The notes: generated by a model not told the origin, from the sequence alone. A DNA stretch of 63,965 bases, filler included, from Octopus bimaculoides (GCF_001194135.2; 6 parts of 6 records of this genome joined end to end with filler, not necessarily neighbours in it); one strand, 5' to 3'; positions 36,528 to 51,532 are shown, counted from the whole stretch's first letter. Program-made: numbers and translations.

Positions 36528-36627
36528 NNNNNNNNNNNNNNNNNNNNNNNNNNNNNNNNNNNNNNNNNNNNTTAATTAATTAANNNNNNNNNNNNNNNNN
36601 NNNNNNNNNNNNNNNNNNNNNNNNNNN
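36528..36627. other. Artificial scaffold spacer N44-TTAATTAATTAA-N44
   Basis: Same 100-nt structure as 16340-16439. Confidence 0.97.
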
Positions 36628-36720
36628 CACCACCACCACCACCACCAAAGTCACCACTAGTAACAACAACAATTACTACTACTACTACTACTACAACTAC
36701 TACTACTACTACTACTACTA

Positions 36721-36752
<32 letters not shown>

Positions 36753-36987
36753 ACGTCGCCGTCGTCGACGTTGTCATCATCATCGTCATCGTCGTCGTCG
36801 TCGTCATCTTTTATCTTCTCCATCATCGTAAATGACCGGCCATGTGTGTCCCATCTGTGACATCATTTTGTCCAACAACTACTATAAAAGTCGGAACTCC
36901 TATAAAAACAGACGTTTATTGGCCGCTGTTACTTAGCGACTAACCGATTTTATTCTTTGTTACTAAGCGACACACAAACTCCCCCGC

Positions 36988-37050
<63 letters not shown>

Positions 37051-38369
37051 ATCTCTTTCTCTCTCTCTGTCACATACTGATTTGGTCANNNNNNNNNNNN
37101 NNNNNNNNNNNNNNNNNNNNNNNNNNNNNNNNNNNNNNNNNNNNNNNNNNNNNNNNNNNNNNNNNNNNNNNNNNNNNNNNNNNNNNNNNNNNNNNNNNNN
37201 NNNNNNNNNNNNNNNNNNNNNNNNNNNNNNNNNNNNNNNNNNNNNNNNNNNNNNNNNNNNNNNNNNNNNNNNNNNNNNNNNNNNNNNNNNNNNNNNNNNN
37301 NNNNNNNNNNNNNNNNNNNNNNNNNNNNNNNNNNNNNNNNNNNNNNNNNNNNNNNNNNNNNNNNNNNNNNNNNNNNNNNNNNNNNNNNNNNNNNNNNNNN
37401 NNNNNNNNNNNNNNNNNNNNNNNNNNNNNNNNNNNNNNNNNNNNNNNNNNNNNNNNNNNNNNNNNNNNNNNNNNNNNNNNNNNNNNNNNNNNNNNNNNNA
37501 TTACGATGTTCTGATGAAGCTATAAGATAATATATGTCATAGCAGAAACAGCGGGATGCTAATGGAGTTCATAAGATATTCGTTTATTCCTTTGACATCT
37601 TCCTTATTTATATATAAAGAAAAGGAGAAAAATTGTTGATATTACAAATGTTTAACGTTTATTCCTGAACGGGTCATCAGTATTATATCTCAGTCTTAAC
37701 TATTGGGTCCCCCAAGTTAAAAAAAAAAAAACTGTGCTTTTAGACAAATGTGAAATTCGACTACGATCTCTCGTAGGTTTCGAGTGACTGCGTACAGGTT
37801 CCAGCATCGCTTCTCATGAAGATCCATTGGACTGTGAGCTCTGAAAATGTCTGTGTTTCCTTGTCCAACCCTCAGAGAATCAAATGCCATTCAAAGTACA
37901 AACGAAATAGCAGCGATGAGCGGTGTTCCAGAAGGATCACCTCCACGACGTTTTTGGTAGCGATTAAAAGACCATACGTCTTGTAGAGTCAATTGCCCGT
38001 AACCAGAAGAACTTCTGGGGGTGGAGTTAATGATGGAAGCTTTTCGTGTTTATAGTGGTAGGTAATGTAGGTCGGTAGGGCCTGTCTGGAAAGAAACTAA
38101 AAAATAAAATAAAAGAAATATAAATACGCCATCTTGATCTACGTCGAAACCTTGAGAGCTTGAAGGAGTTGTGAGAAACACGACAGTAATATTTTGCGTT
38201 GTTACTTCCATTGGAGCGTGAATTCTGGGGGTTTGTAGGTATGTTCTAGCTTGGGAGAAATGGTCTTTGACGAAGTGATTGATGGAATACGCAGAGACGG
38301 AGAGAACATCTCGTCAAAGCATGCGAAAGGGATGTTTGAGAAATAGAAATTGAAACGGACAATGATAGA

Positions 38370-38800
38370 TGTATGCAAGCATGTATGCATACATACATAC
38401 ATACATACACACATACACACAGACAGATACACATACATACATACATACACATATACATACATACATACATACAGACAGACAGACAGACAGACACACATAC
38501 ACATACATACACATACATACATAGATACATACGTACATGCGTACGTACGTACATACATAAATACGTACATACATACATACATTCATACATACATACGTAC
38601 GTACATACACACACATACACACATACATAGATACGTACATACATACACACTCATACACATATACACACATACATACATACATACATGCACACATACGTAC
38701 ATACATACGTACATACACACACATACAGACAAACATACAGACAAACATACATCCATCCATACATACACACATACATACATACATACATACATACATACAT
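38370..38800. repeat. Imperfect (ATAC)n/(ACAG)n microsatellite
   Basis: Direct reading. Confidence 0.95.
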
Positions 38801-38844
38801 AGAAAGCAGCTACAGACGTAGCCGACCATTTTGAGAGCAATGTG

Positions 38845-39045
38845 TCAAAAGACAGAAGCGGTCAGATATTGTTCTGCATGGGACCGCAAGGAGAAGACAT
38901 GTTCTGTTGTGGAAATCAGCTGCGCTCGGGGTACCAATAGGTTTCGAAAAACGCAAGAGAGAGAGAACGGGCATCTCTGATCCCATTAATAAGGAGTTTG
39001 CAAATCCAGTTCTCAATATACACCTTCAGCTTCATAGCCATTATT
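38845..39045 (+). mobile_element. Second fragment of the REL non-LTR family
   Basis: cagatattgtt...gggaccgcaaggagaagacatgttctgttgtggaaatcagctgc...ataaggagtttgcaaatccagt aligns with 9313-9480. Confidence 0.75.
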
Positions 39046-39047
39046 CT

Positions 39048-39225
39048 TTTCTACTTTAGGCACAAGGCCCGAAATTTTGGGGGAGGGGGAGGGGACCAGT
39101 AGAGTAGATCTACCCTAGTGCGTAGCTGGTACTTAATTTATTGATCCCGAAAGGATGAAAGGCAAAGTCGACCTCGGCGGAATTTGAACTCAGAACGTAA
39201 CGGCAGGCGAAATACCGCTAAAAAA
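39048..39225 (-). mobile_element. SINE family B
   Basis: cccgaaaggatgaaaggcaaagtcgacctcggcggaatttgaactcagaacgta. Confidence 0.85.
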
Positions 39226-39737
39226 AGAGAAGAAAGAAACACCACACACAAACATTGTTAATTTTACTTTAATCTTTTGACACCAAATAAATGCTTAAAT
39301 GAAGTCATAATTCTTTGTGTGATTTCCATGTCTTCCACTTATGTCTTCCACGCTGTGAATGATTGAATCAGACAAATAGCGTTAAACTTGATATGAAATA
39401 CAAACTAGGTTAAATTTATGCCAGAAATTTATGAAAAGTACTAAGGACAGCGAGTATTTTAACTTCAAGCATATAAAGTTTTTCTAAATTCTTCAAAAAG
39501 TGAACTCAAATTTCAAAATTGGGCAATAAAATGTAGCTTAAAGTCGACTTATGAAATTGCTATTATATACAAGAGAGCTGGAAAAATACTTTTCGGAAAG
39601 AGAAGAATTATTCTATGTGTAAAGGGATTCTTACAGGACTCCAAGAAAATAGATAAAAAATATCATCTCGCCCCGGTTAGTGAAATTTGAAAATATTTTA
39701 TATTTTAATCTATTTAGCACAGAAAAATAGAAACTCC

Positions 39738-39795
<58 letters not shown>

Positions 39796-39805
39796 NNNNN
39801 NNNNN

Positions 39806-39845
<40 letters not shown>

Positions 39846-40111
39846 TGTATGTATATGCATATACATACATGTATGAATGTATATATGCATATACATACAT
39901 GTTGAAATTTCATGACACCTTCGGCAAGTGTCTTCTACTATAGTCCCGGGCCGACCAATGCTTCGTTAATGAATTTGGCAGCTGGAAACTGTGTGGAAAC
40001 CTGTTATATATACTTTCATTCTTTTAATCTGTTATTGGTTTCAGTCATTTGACCGCGGCCATGCTGGAACACCGCCTTTAGTCGAACAAATCGACCGCAG
40101 GACTTATTTTC

Positions 40112-40175
40112 CCCCATCTAAAATATTCCCCATCTAAAATATTCCCCATCTAAAATATTCCCCATCTAAAATATT
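40112..40175. repeat. 16-bp tandem repeat (ccccatctaaaatatt) x4
   Basis: Direct reading. Confidence 0.92.
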
Positions 40176-40343
40176 CATACCTTGTCTCTGATAACTGAAT
40201 ACTCAGTGCTCGAACATGCTAGCCGACCACTTGGGTTATCCCAGAAACGGCTGTAAGACTTCGAATTCACCTTAACCCCATTAAATTACTATAAATGACG
40301 TAAGATACTCCTGTTTTTATTTTGATTTTCCCTCTAATATATA

Positions 40344-40632
<289 letters not shown>

Positions 40633-40949
40633 GTGCGTGTGTGAAGATTATATTTTTCAAATTAACACCTGCTATAACAGACCTGATGCTACACGCTATC
40701 AGCTTCCCTCTTTTTTCGTTGAAGCAATTGAGCGGCGTAAAAGGAGAGCGAGAAAGAAAGAGGATGAGAGAGAGAGAAAGAAAGAAATAATGAGAGATAG
40801 ATCGAGGAGAGAGAAGAACAAAGAGAGAGAGAGAGAGAGAGTGAGGAGACTGGTCTGGGCAAATGCTGCGCTTTGAGAAAGATCAATCGTGCGTCTTGTT
40901 GAGGAATTTTCCTACGTACAAATAATGAGGTCGTTGTCTAAAACTGAGG

Positions 40950-41380
40950 AAGACCATGTACATATATATACACGCGCATATACCGCACCCCCACAGCACA
41001 TATATTATACATTATATATACAGATATATATATATATTTATATACATATATGCATACACACGCAAACATATATATATATATATACATATATGCATACACC
41101 CACACGTATACATACATACACATATGCACATACACAAAATACACACACGCACACATATATATACATACATATATACACACACATGCACATACACACATAC
41201 GCACACAAACATATACACACATATATATACATATATATATATATACATATACATACATATATATACATACATTTATACAACACATACACATGCACACATA
41301 TATATTATACATTATATATCCACAAATATACGTGTACATACCTATATACATACATGCATATACGTCTGTGTGTATATATC
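40950..41380. repeat. (TA)/(CA)/(TACA) low-complexity block
   Basis: Direct reading. Confidence 0.9.
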
Positions 41381-42796
41381 TATCAATGGCTTTTCACTGT
41401 ATTCCTATTATCTGTCTTCTACTTTTTTCAGTTATTTTGATTTTTACTTTTTAGCTTTGTATTTCTCTTCTGTTCCGCCTCCCTGTCGTCCGTATAAAAG
41501 AAATGGACAATGTAATTATAGTTTGTTGTTGTAGAAGGTATTTCCCTGCCAGATCAGATCAGGTGTGCACTAATGTAATACTTCTTTCACTCCTCTTCCG
41601 CGTCCTCATCCTTAACCTCTTGTTCCTCCTCTCTTCCTGCTGCCTCACGTCGTTATCACAATCACCACCATAATCACCGCCGCCGCCCCACCGCNNNNNN
41701 NNNNNNNNNNNNNNNNNNNNNNNNNNNNNNNNNNNNNNNNNNNNNNNNNNNNNNNNNNNNNNNNNNNNNNNNNNNNNNNNNNNNNNNNNNNNNNNNNNNN
41801 NNNNNNNNNNNNNNNNNNNNNNNNNNNNNNNNNNNNNNNNNNNNNNNNNNNNNNNNNNNNNNNNNNNNNNNNNNNNNNNNNNNNNNNNNNNNNNNNNNNN
41901 NNNNNNNNNNNNNNNNNNNNNNNNNNNNNNNNNNNNNNNNNNNNNNNNNNNNNNNNNNNNNNNNNNNNNNNNNNNNNNNNNNNNNNNNNNNNNNNNNNNN
42001 NNNNNNNNNNNNNNNNNNNNNNNNNNNNNNNNNNNNNNNNNNNNNNNNNNNNNNNNNNNNNNNNNNNNNNNNNNNNNNNNNNNNNNNNNNNNNNNNNNNN
42101 NNNNNNNNNNNNNNNNNNNNNNNNNNNNNNNNNNNNNNNNNNNNNNNNNNNNNNNNNNNNNNNTAGTACCAGCAATTAACAACTGTTAAACGGGAACAAT
42201 GTGACGGGGAAAAAAATGACGAAAATCTCCAGAAAAACCAAACTACAACATCAAATCACCTCGCACTAGCACCACCACCACCACCACCACCACCACCACT
42301 ACCACAACCACCATCACCACCGGCAGTGGCACCATCACCACCACCACCATAACCACAGCCATCACCACCACCAACACATGAAACGGATGAAACTTCCAGG
42401 GATGTTTGGCCTCATGACTGGCAACAAACTGACTAGATTTTGGGATCGATTCTCTTCCGGACAAGGATTCTGGATTACTTTTTCCCGTTTTTATTTTTAC
42501 GTAATTTGTGAGGGCAGTCGAGTTTTATTTCAGATATTCTCATTTTAAAAATCATCTCCGGCTGATCGTTGCGAGGACGTTGGTGTTGCCTTGGCAGTTT
42601 TTGTTCGTCATAATTTGCATTCAGCAAATATACTTTAAACTGATTTTTCAACAGGACAAGAAATACATGCAGACACACATACGCACATACCAACATATGC
42701 ATGTACGCTTGTACAAATGCATGTATGCATGCATGAGTTTCTCTCTCCCATTATATATCTTTCTCTCTCCCTCTCTCTCTGTATCTCTCTCTCCCA

Positions 42797-42841
<45 letters not shown>

Positions 42842-43276
42842 ATATACATGTATGCATGTATGTACGTACATTTTATATACTTGGAAATTCTTACTCAATA
42901 ATACGAGTTTCTGCGCATGTGCACGCGTTTATGTAATGTGAATGTGTGCGTGGGTGTTTATGGTGTTTCTGTGTACACGTTTTGGGGCGTGTATATGTGT
43001 TTATGTGCATATTCTTGTCAATATATGTATGTATATATATATATATAAATATTTACATGTATATATAAAAATGTATAAATATGCGTACACAGACACACAG
43101 ACACACATGCATATGCACACACGCGTGTATATGTATGTGCTTGAATATAATTTATGTATGTGTATATATACATATTTATTTATATACATACCTACACACA
43201 CACACGAACACACACATACATACATACNNNNNNNNNNCCTACACACACACACGAACACACACATACATACATACAT

Positions 43277-43316
<40 letters not shown>

Positions 43317-43846
43317 ACACATATATATATATATATAAATGAATATATATGCATACCTATATATAAGAACATACAAAGATATATTTATATAACACAAACA
43401 CACATACGTATATATATATACATGCATATATATATATGCACATGCACAGACACACACACACGCACACATGTATATATATATTTATAACAACTATATAGGA
43501 AAATAAAATATAAAATATACAAACAAAAAGTAAACACAGAAACTACCGACAAACAATAAGCGTAGATACCCAACGTTAATAAATGGAGGCAGATGGCGAG
43601 TTGCCGACGTCATATCCGGTTATGGCGAATGCCTCACAGCGATCACAATGTACAAGGCACTGCTTATGCTGTAGTTAGAGACCGTTGACAGGTATTCCTA
43701 TCGTTCGTTATGCCTGCTTAACCGGATGCTGGTTCTCAAAGGAATGTCCATAATTAAAAATACTTGATCGTTAGAGTCATCACGTTTGTATTTTAGATAT
43801 GTATGTACATATGCACCTATGGATGTGTGTGTGTGTGTGTGTATGT

Positions 43847-43883
<37 letters not shown>

Positions 43884-44366
43884 NNNNNNNNNNNNNNNNN
43901 NNNNNNNNNNNNNNNNNNNNNNNNNNNNNNNNNNNNNNNNNNNNNNNNNNNNNNNNNNNNNNNNNNNNNNNNNNNNNNNNNNNNNNNNNNNNNNNNNNNN
44001 NNNNNNNNNNNNNNNNNNNNNNNNNNNNNNNNNNNNNNNNNNNNNNNNNNNNNNNNNNNNNNNNNNNNNNNNNNNNNNNNNNNNNNNNNNNNNNNNNNNN
44101 NNNNNNNNNNNNNNNNNNNNNNNNNNNNNNNNNNNNNNNNNNNNNNNNNNNNNNNNNNNNNNNNNNNNNNNNNNNNNNNNNNNNNNNNNNNNNNNNNNNN
44201 NNNNNNNNNNNNNNNNNNNNNNNNNNNNNNNNNNNNNNNNNNNNNNNNNNNNNNNNNNNNNNNNNNNNNNNNNNNNNNNNNNNNNNNNNNNNNNNNNNNN
44301 NNNNNNNNNNNNNNNNNNNNNNNNNNNNNNNNNNNNNNNNNNNNNNNNNNNNNNNNNNNNNNNNNN

Positions 44367-44452
<86 letters not shown>

Positions 44453-44778
44453 AATAGATACGTATAAATATACATCTACATATACATACCTACACATACT
44501 CAAGCAGGCATACATTCATGCAATGTGAGTATCAGAAGTGAACCTTTACCCCATTTGCGTACTTAACTTATATATATATTAGTTGGACACGTTTTATTGC
44601 ATATTACTACAATCGTTTCATCACCACGACACCAAGTCATTGCTGAAATTTTATTATACAAAATATGAAATAATAAATCGTATGGGTATTATTTCAGCAA
44701 CATTGCCATGCGTCAAATCGTCTGGCATAAGCACAAACGGTTTGTACTTATACTCAGCAGATATTCTGCAATGTAAGC

Positions 44779-45020
44779 GACACTGTCCGTTACGATGACA
44801 AGGCATCCAGTTGATTCGATTTCGTGAAATTAACGTGCAAGTGGCTGAGCACTCCACAGAGACGCATACCCTTAATATAACTCCCAGGGATATTCAACGT
44901 GATACAGGATGTGACAAGGCTGACCCTTTGTAATACAGGTACTACGCATTTTTTTTTTACCAGCTGAGTGGACTGGAGCAATGTGAAATAAAGTGTCTTG
45001 CTCAAGAGCACAACACACCA
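44779..45020 (-). mobile_element. SINE with a family C 3' tail but a different 5' body
   Basis: 44779-44935 matches the family C tail (tcgtgaaattaacgtgcaagtggctgagcactccacag). 44940-45020 (cagctgagtggactggagcaatgtgaaataaagtgtcttgctcaag) instead matches 440-490. Confidence 0.75.
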
Positions 45021-45127
45021 CCTTATATGTGCCTTATATGCTTACATACATACATAGATACGTATGTGTAAGGTTGCTTTGAAAGTAAACCGTTTATATC
45101 ATTATTCTAAATATTTTCAACTCATTC

Positions 45128-45230
<103 letters not shown>

Positions 45231-45905
45231 TTGCCATTACTCTAGATATCATAGGCGTTGCATATAAGAAATAATTGCTACGCTAAAGCTTGGAATTTTT
45301 TACTAACCACTGACAAAGAAATCATCAAAATATTTATGGCAGTTGTAGAGTTATTGCTAGAAACACGAACTAATGTATGGAAAACATTTAATATACGTAT
45401 ATACCAACACAAACACACGCACACATGCACACATTAATATGGTTTGAAGTGATTATATTTTCTAAGTTCTTTCATTTATATTCCATAATACATTTTTTTC
45501 TATATTGCTCAAAACACGGTTTCATTTTATGCTTATCGAGCGCTTTGCTAACATACTTCAGAGGAAAACATAATTTTCATCATATTTGTGAGATATTAAT
45601 ATTATTATAACAGGCGTTTCTGTATGTTAACTTTAAATCCTTTATAATATTAACATCCATTACTCGCATCCATTCATGTACAGTTATACAAGAAAAACAG
45701 GCGTAACTGTATTCCCGACATTTTCGGCTTCCTACGTTACTTTCCGGTCATAATGGTCGCATTTTTCCGGCCTTGTTATGCAACTAGTATTTGTCTGTTA
45801 AGCCTTCCCTCGTTTTGCTTCAGCAACAAGCCAACTATTTTACTAGTGCAAGGGCTAGAAACAAGGCTACATACATACATGCATACATACATATATATAT
45901 ATGTG

Positions 45906-45948
<43 letters not shown>

Positions 45949-46048
45949 NNNNNNNNNNNNNNNNNNNNNNNNNNNNNNNNNNNNNNNNNNNNTTAATTAA
46001 TTAANNNNNNNNNNNNNNNNNNNNNNNNNNNNNNNNNNNNNNNNNNNN
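45949..46048. other. Artificial scaffold spacer N44-TTAATTAATTAA-N44
   Basis: Same 100-nt structure as 16340-16439. Confidence 0.97.
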
Positions 46049-46599
46049 TATATATATATAGTTAATTCGAGGCGGTTATGTCCTCATTACGGATTATATA
46101 ATCCAAGGTATTCCCTATTATATAATGCGAAAATCTTGGTGTATGTTATGGATTATTCAAATTATATATCATCAAAACTGAGGGAAAAAACAGAAAATGG
46201 AGAAATAATGGATGCATGAATAATTTATTTGTATGTTATAAATGATGTAAAATTTGTTTTAAAAGACGTAATAGTTAGTATAAATAAATTGATTACAAGC
46301 TGTAAAGCTAAAAAAATAATATAAGTGAACCTAAATTTTCAGTCCTGTCACCTAGCTGATCAGAATTTCCAAGCATTTGGTTAGATGCTTAGGAATATAT
46401 CATATTCTAACTATATGGTGGCAGGACTTCTTCAGGGTCAACTCAGAGCTCATGGAAAGTAGGTAATCACTTTTCGTTTTGAAGGATGCATACAGAGTAT
46501 TAGTGTGTTAAAATTTTGAAAGCTATATATTGTAAGCGTATTTAATTGGTGAGTTTTATATATTCGTGACTGTATCATATATCATAAATTAGAAAACAA

Positions 46600-48000
46600 A
46601 CAAATAGATAAATAATATATCTAACATCCACCATTAATAATTTACTAAATATGTAATCTTATTAATTTGATACTTATTAGATCCTAAATTTATATCTATA
46701 AATGTTGCATTTATATATCAAACCCGGTGCACATATTAAATAGTTCCATTGTATTTAAGCATCCTCATAAATATATATTCTATAAATACCATTACCCATT
46801 CTAAAATCACTAATATCGCTTATACATATATATTTTTAACCTAATATCCACCATTGATAATTTACTTAATATGCAATCCAATTAATTAAATACCTATTAG
46901 ATCCTGAATATATACCTATAAATTTTGTATTTATATATCTAACCCGGTACACATATAATATAGTTCCATTGTATTTTAGTATCCTATCGACAATAATTCA
47001 TAAATATAAATATAGAAAGTAAATGATCGTATATTTCATTTTCTTTTTCCTTCTCGCTTTCGTTATTTTCGAATCTAAATATCATTCCCAGTGAACGTAT
47101 CAGATAATTAAATATTTTTATAGTAAATAATCTTTAAATGAGAAAGTCGATTTGTTCTCCCCTTACATACAAACTCCTTCGAATTATTATTATCACTTAT
47201 ATTTTGTTTTTGATAGCTACCATTAATGATTTACTAAGATTAAAACTCTATCTATGAATTACATACCTATTTGAACGATGAATTTATATCTATAAACGTA
47301 TCCACTATTCTTTTACTACTTTTTCTCACTAAAGCCAACTAGCGTATATCTCATTACTGGTTTGCTATTTTTGTATTTATATATTGTTATTTTTGTATTT
47401 ATATATTGTTATTTTTGTATTTATATATTGTTATTTTTGTATTTATATATTGTTATTTTTGTATTTATATATTGTTATTTTTGTATTTATATATTAAACC
47501 CGGTGCACATATTAAATAGTTCCAATGTATTTCAGTAACCCATCGACAACAATTCATAAATATAAAAAGTAACTTATCATATCTCACATTGTCTAAATAT
47601 AATACAAGTTGCACATATCAAATATTAAATAATTTTACAGTAAATAATCTTTAAGTGTGAATGTCGATAAGTTTTCTCTTTACTTACAAACTCCTTAGAA
47701 TTATTAATATCACTTCTATTTTGTTTTAATATCTACCATTAATATTTTACTAAGATTAAAACTCCATCTTTTAATTAGATACCTATTAGAACCTGCCTGA
47801 ATCCATAACATTAAACGATATTCATTCACTACTTTTCCTCACAAAAGTCAGCTAGCGTATATCTCATTACCGTTTTAGTTATTTTATGTATTTAAATATA
47901 AAAGCCGGAGCACATATTACATAGTTCCAATGTATTTGAGTAACCTATAGACAATAATACATAAACATAAATATAAAAAGTAAATTATCGTATATTACTT
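46600..48000. repeat. Very AT-rich degenerate modular tandem repeat
   Basis: Anchor (c/g)ccggNNcacatat...atagttcca(t/a)tgtattt at 46723, 46943, 47499 and 47904; ccattNataNtttact and tacctatt motifs also recur. Confidence 0.8.
47366..47495. repeat. 22-bp tandem repeat (tatttttgtatttatatattgt), about 6 copies
   Basis: Direct reading. Confidence 0.92.
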
Positions 48001-48847
48001 TTTCTGCTTCAACAGGGTAGAAAAAAAATCTTACATTGTACATCATGGAGCAGAGGTGTTTAAGTGTGGAGAGCAAGTAGTGTAGGAGGCTCGGTGTGGG
48101 TGTGGGAAGAGGCAGGGAAAGGTGAAAGGAGATAAGAGAGTCAGTTCAAGAAGATGGAGCGAGGTTAACAATCAGGGTATTAGGCTGGGAGTAGTAGAGG
48201 TGGAGAGTTTGGATATGAGTTGTTGGAGCAGGGATGGGTAGTAATTGAAAGGTGGTGATGGGTTTGTGAATAGATGTCAAAATTTAGGGATAATGACTAT
48301 AAAACTATGGGAAGATTAGATAGTGAAAAAGGGTAGGGCAATTGTTAGAAGTAGGTAAAGGGTCTAGATGCTTGCAGGGTGGCTAAGGGGAAATTCAAAG
48401 AAAGAATCTATGTTGGCGGCGGAGTTAGATTACTAAGGTATGAGGGAGGACAGAGGGTGGGGGTAAGATGGTGGCAGTAGTTAGTGCTATAATGAAGGTG
48501 GGTTGGAGGTGGAAGGGAAGTGCTGAGATATGTAGAAGTGTATGAGTGAATAGAAGGAGGTGGATAGAGAGACAGGGAGGGGGGGGTGTATGTTGGTAGC
48601 TAAGGCAGTGAGGAAGGGTTGGTTAGGTTAGTACCTAAGGCAGTCATATATTTGTGATTTAGATTGAAGAGGAAATAGGAGAAAATTTTGGGATTTGAGG
48701 TTGTGTGTATACGTCTCTAAGGAGGTAGATGATTTGGAATTTTGGATTGGATGTATACATATACAGAATATATATATTCTATATCAAACCCAAGTTGTTA
48801 TATTTAATTTGTTTATTCGTTTTATGTCCTCCCTACCTCCCCCCTCT

Positions 48848-48852
48848 CTCTA

Positions 48853-48931
<79 letters not shown>

Positions 48932-48945
48932 ATATATATATATAT
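48848..48945. repeat. (TCTA)n(TA)n microsatellite
   Basis: Direct reading. Confidence 0.95.
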
Positions 48946-49754
48946 ATAAAATACGTAGATACATACATATATATGTGTGTGGTGGGGTGCATAATATGAA
49001 CTTATGTTTTTGTGTATGTATGTGACGTCGCAAGCCACTGATATACGCGTTGTTTCAAGTACACCTATATCAAGCTGCGTACAAAATGTCTTTTGAAAGC
49101 TAGAAAGAGTGTGTTCGAAGAATGAAATCTGCTTGACTATGAAATACTTGAAAATAATATAGGTGTCATCAGAGTTTCAATATTTTGACCTCCGCTTATT
49201 TCAAGTTTTCTAATGAAAGGACAATGAATTTAAAACTTCACAGTCTGTTTATAAAGAAACACTAAAATCAAATATTCAACGTTCTGTTTTCTCCATATAA
49301 TGCATTCAAATGTTATAGAATTGACTAGTTGTTACCTTCATTTGAACATTCATTTTAACATCTCTCTTCAGAGATTAACGGAAATAGAACAATATTTCTC
49401 AAACACGCTTGAACAATGATTAGTAGTTAATATAAGCAATGTTGCAAGAATTTGGTAAGAAGGTAATATATTTGGAGTAATGTAATTTCCACGATAATAG
49501 TTGAGAGTCCCAGGTAAAAGATAAGTCACATAATTGGAAAGATTTGGAATCTTTCACATACAAACACGCTTCAACCACAAGTCAACCTACAAAGTGTATC
49601 GTTCTAATATTTATTGTACTGAAAATATAAATATATTTGTTTATCTAGTCATTATGTACGCACACACATGTATGTATATGTGTACATCTCTTCTTACACA
49701 CATAGACACTCACACACACATGCAAATGCGCGCAGACACACACACACACATACA

Positions 49755-49798
<44 letters not shown>

Positions 49799-51014
49799 CT
49801 ATTGTATCCCAAACTATAGGGTTGCTTGCTGCCTGTGCTTCCATACAAACATGAAACTGTAATTTTAAAAGCCCACTCATCGATATTATTAATTTGGCCA
49901 TGATTTGTGACTCAGTTCTACACTTTATGTTCTTGATGTGATCTGCCTTTTTTTTTTAAAGACAAACAAACCAAGGACCTTGTTTATTGCGACAGACACC
50001 ATCAAGACACCTGAAAAGAACAGAAGTAAAATAATTCTGTTATTATTGATATTCGTTTTGAAACTGAAACGCTATTGGAGAAATGTCAAGTGAGGTATAA
50101 CTAATCATTATGATCAATCTTATTTCTCGGTTGTTTGAATAACTGACAGCCGACAGGAAATTAAACGATACTTTTCGATTATTTTACCTACTAAAGTAAC
50201 TTGTATGAGAAGAATAAAACATTAAAGAAAGCATTCTCATTTTGTTACTGCATCACCTGAAGACTCGAAAGGGAAAAAATTACAATTCAACAAGCTTTGG
50301 AGAACTGATCGTTCACTTTAGTTAATATGAATAATGTTATCCTGTAGTATCAGGATATGTCATTCTATACTAGAGCGATGTAGACTCGTGTACTTATTTT
50401 GTTCATTTTGTAACGAACATCGATATCGAATAATTATTTTTAAAAAAAACAAAAAAAAAACTCAATAGATGATCATTTTAGCTTCAAATTGATTGAGCAC
50501 TTTCAATTTACTGACCATTGAAAAGTAAGTGATGTGGTAAATAAACATTTCATGTATAACAAATAACTTTACCTAATACATCGAAAAATCATTTTGACAG
50601 AAGAGCTCAGTTAAAAATGTATCTTGTAAAATTTCTATACTCGATGAATAGGAAAACTAGTTTAAAGGGTGTCTTTCCCAAATAGTAATTGTAATGTAAA
50701 AGTAATTTTATGTACCATAAACAAATACACTGGAGTCAGTCAGGAATTCATAACAAAGCAAAACATCTTCCTGCAGCAGAAACAGGTCATAAGTAACTTA
50801 AAAATAACAACTTTAAAGGTCAAAAGCGATAATCTCTTAATCTAAAATTTTCGAAGAGTACGTCACCTGATTCTTTCTGATAGAAAATATTGTGGGACGC
50901 TTGTGCAATATACAATATGAGCAAGTGTAAACGGTATTAACGCAATATATATAAAAAGAATATTGACGCACACACAGTTATACGCGCGCGTGCATAGTTT
51001 TGTATATATTTTTG

Positions 51015-51528
<514 letters not shown>

Positions 51529-51532
51529 CATA

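Noticed and set aside
46050-48000. Mitochondrial insertion or foreign DNA
   Set aside because: No mitochondrial gene, rRNA or tRNA motifs were recognised; internal repetition explains the region better.
50257-50270. CTGAAGA-ctc-GAAA hammerhead core
   Set aside because: No room for helix II, and no helix I/III pairing or NUH site.
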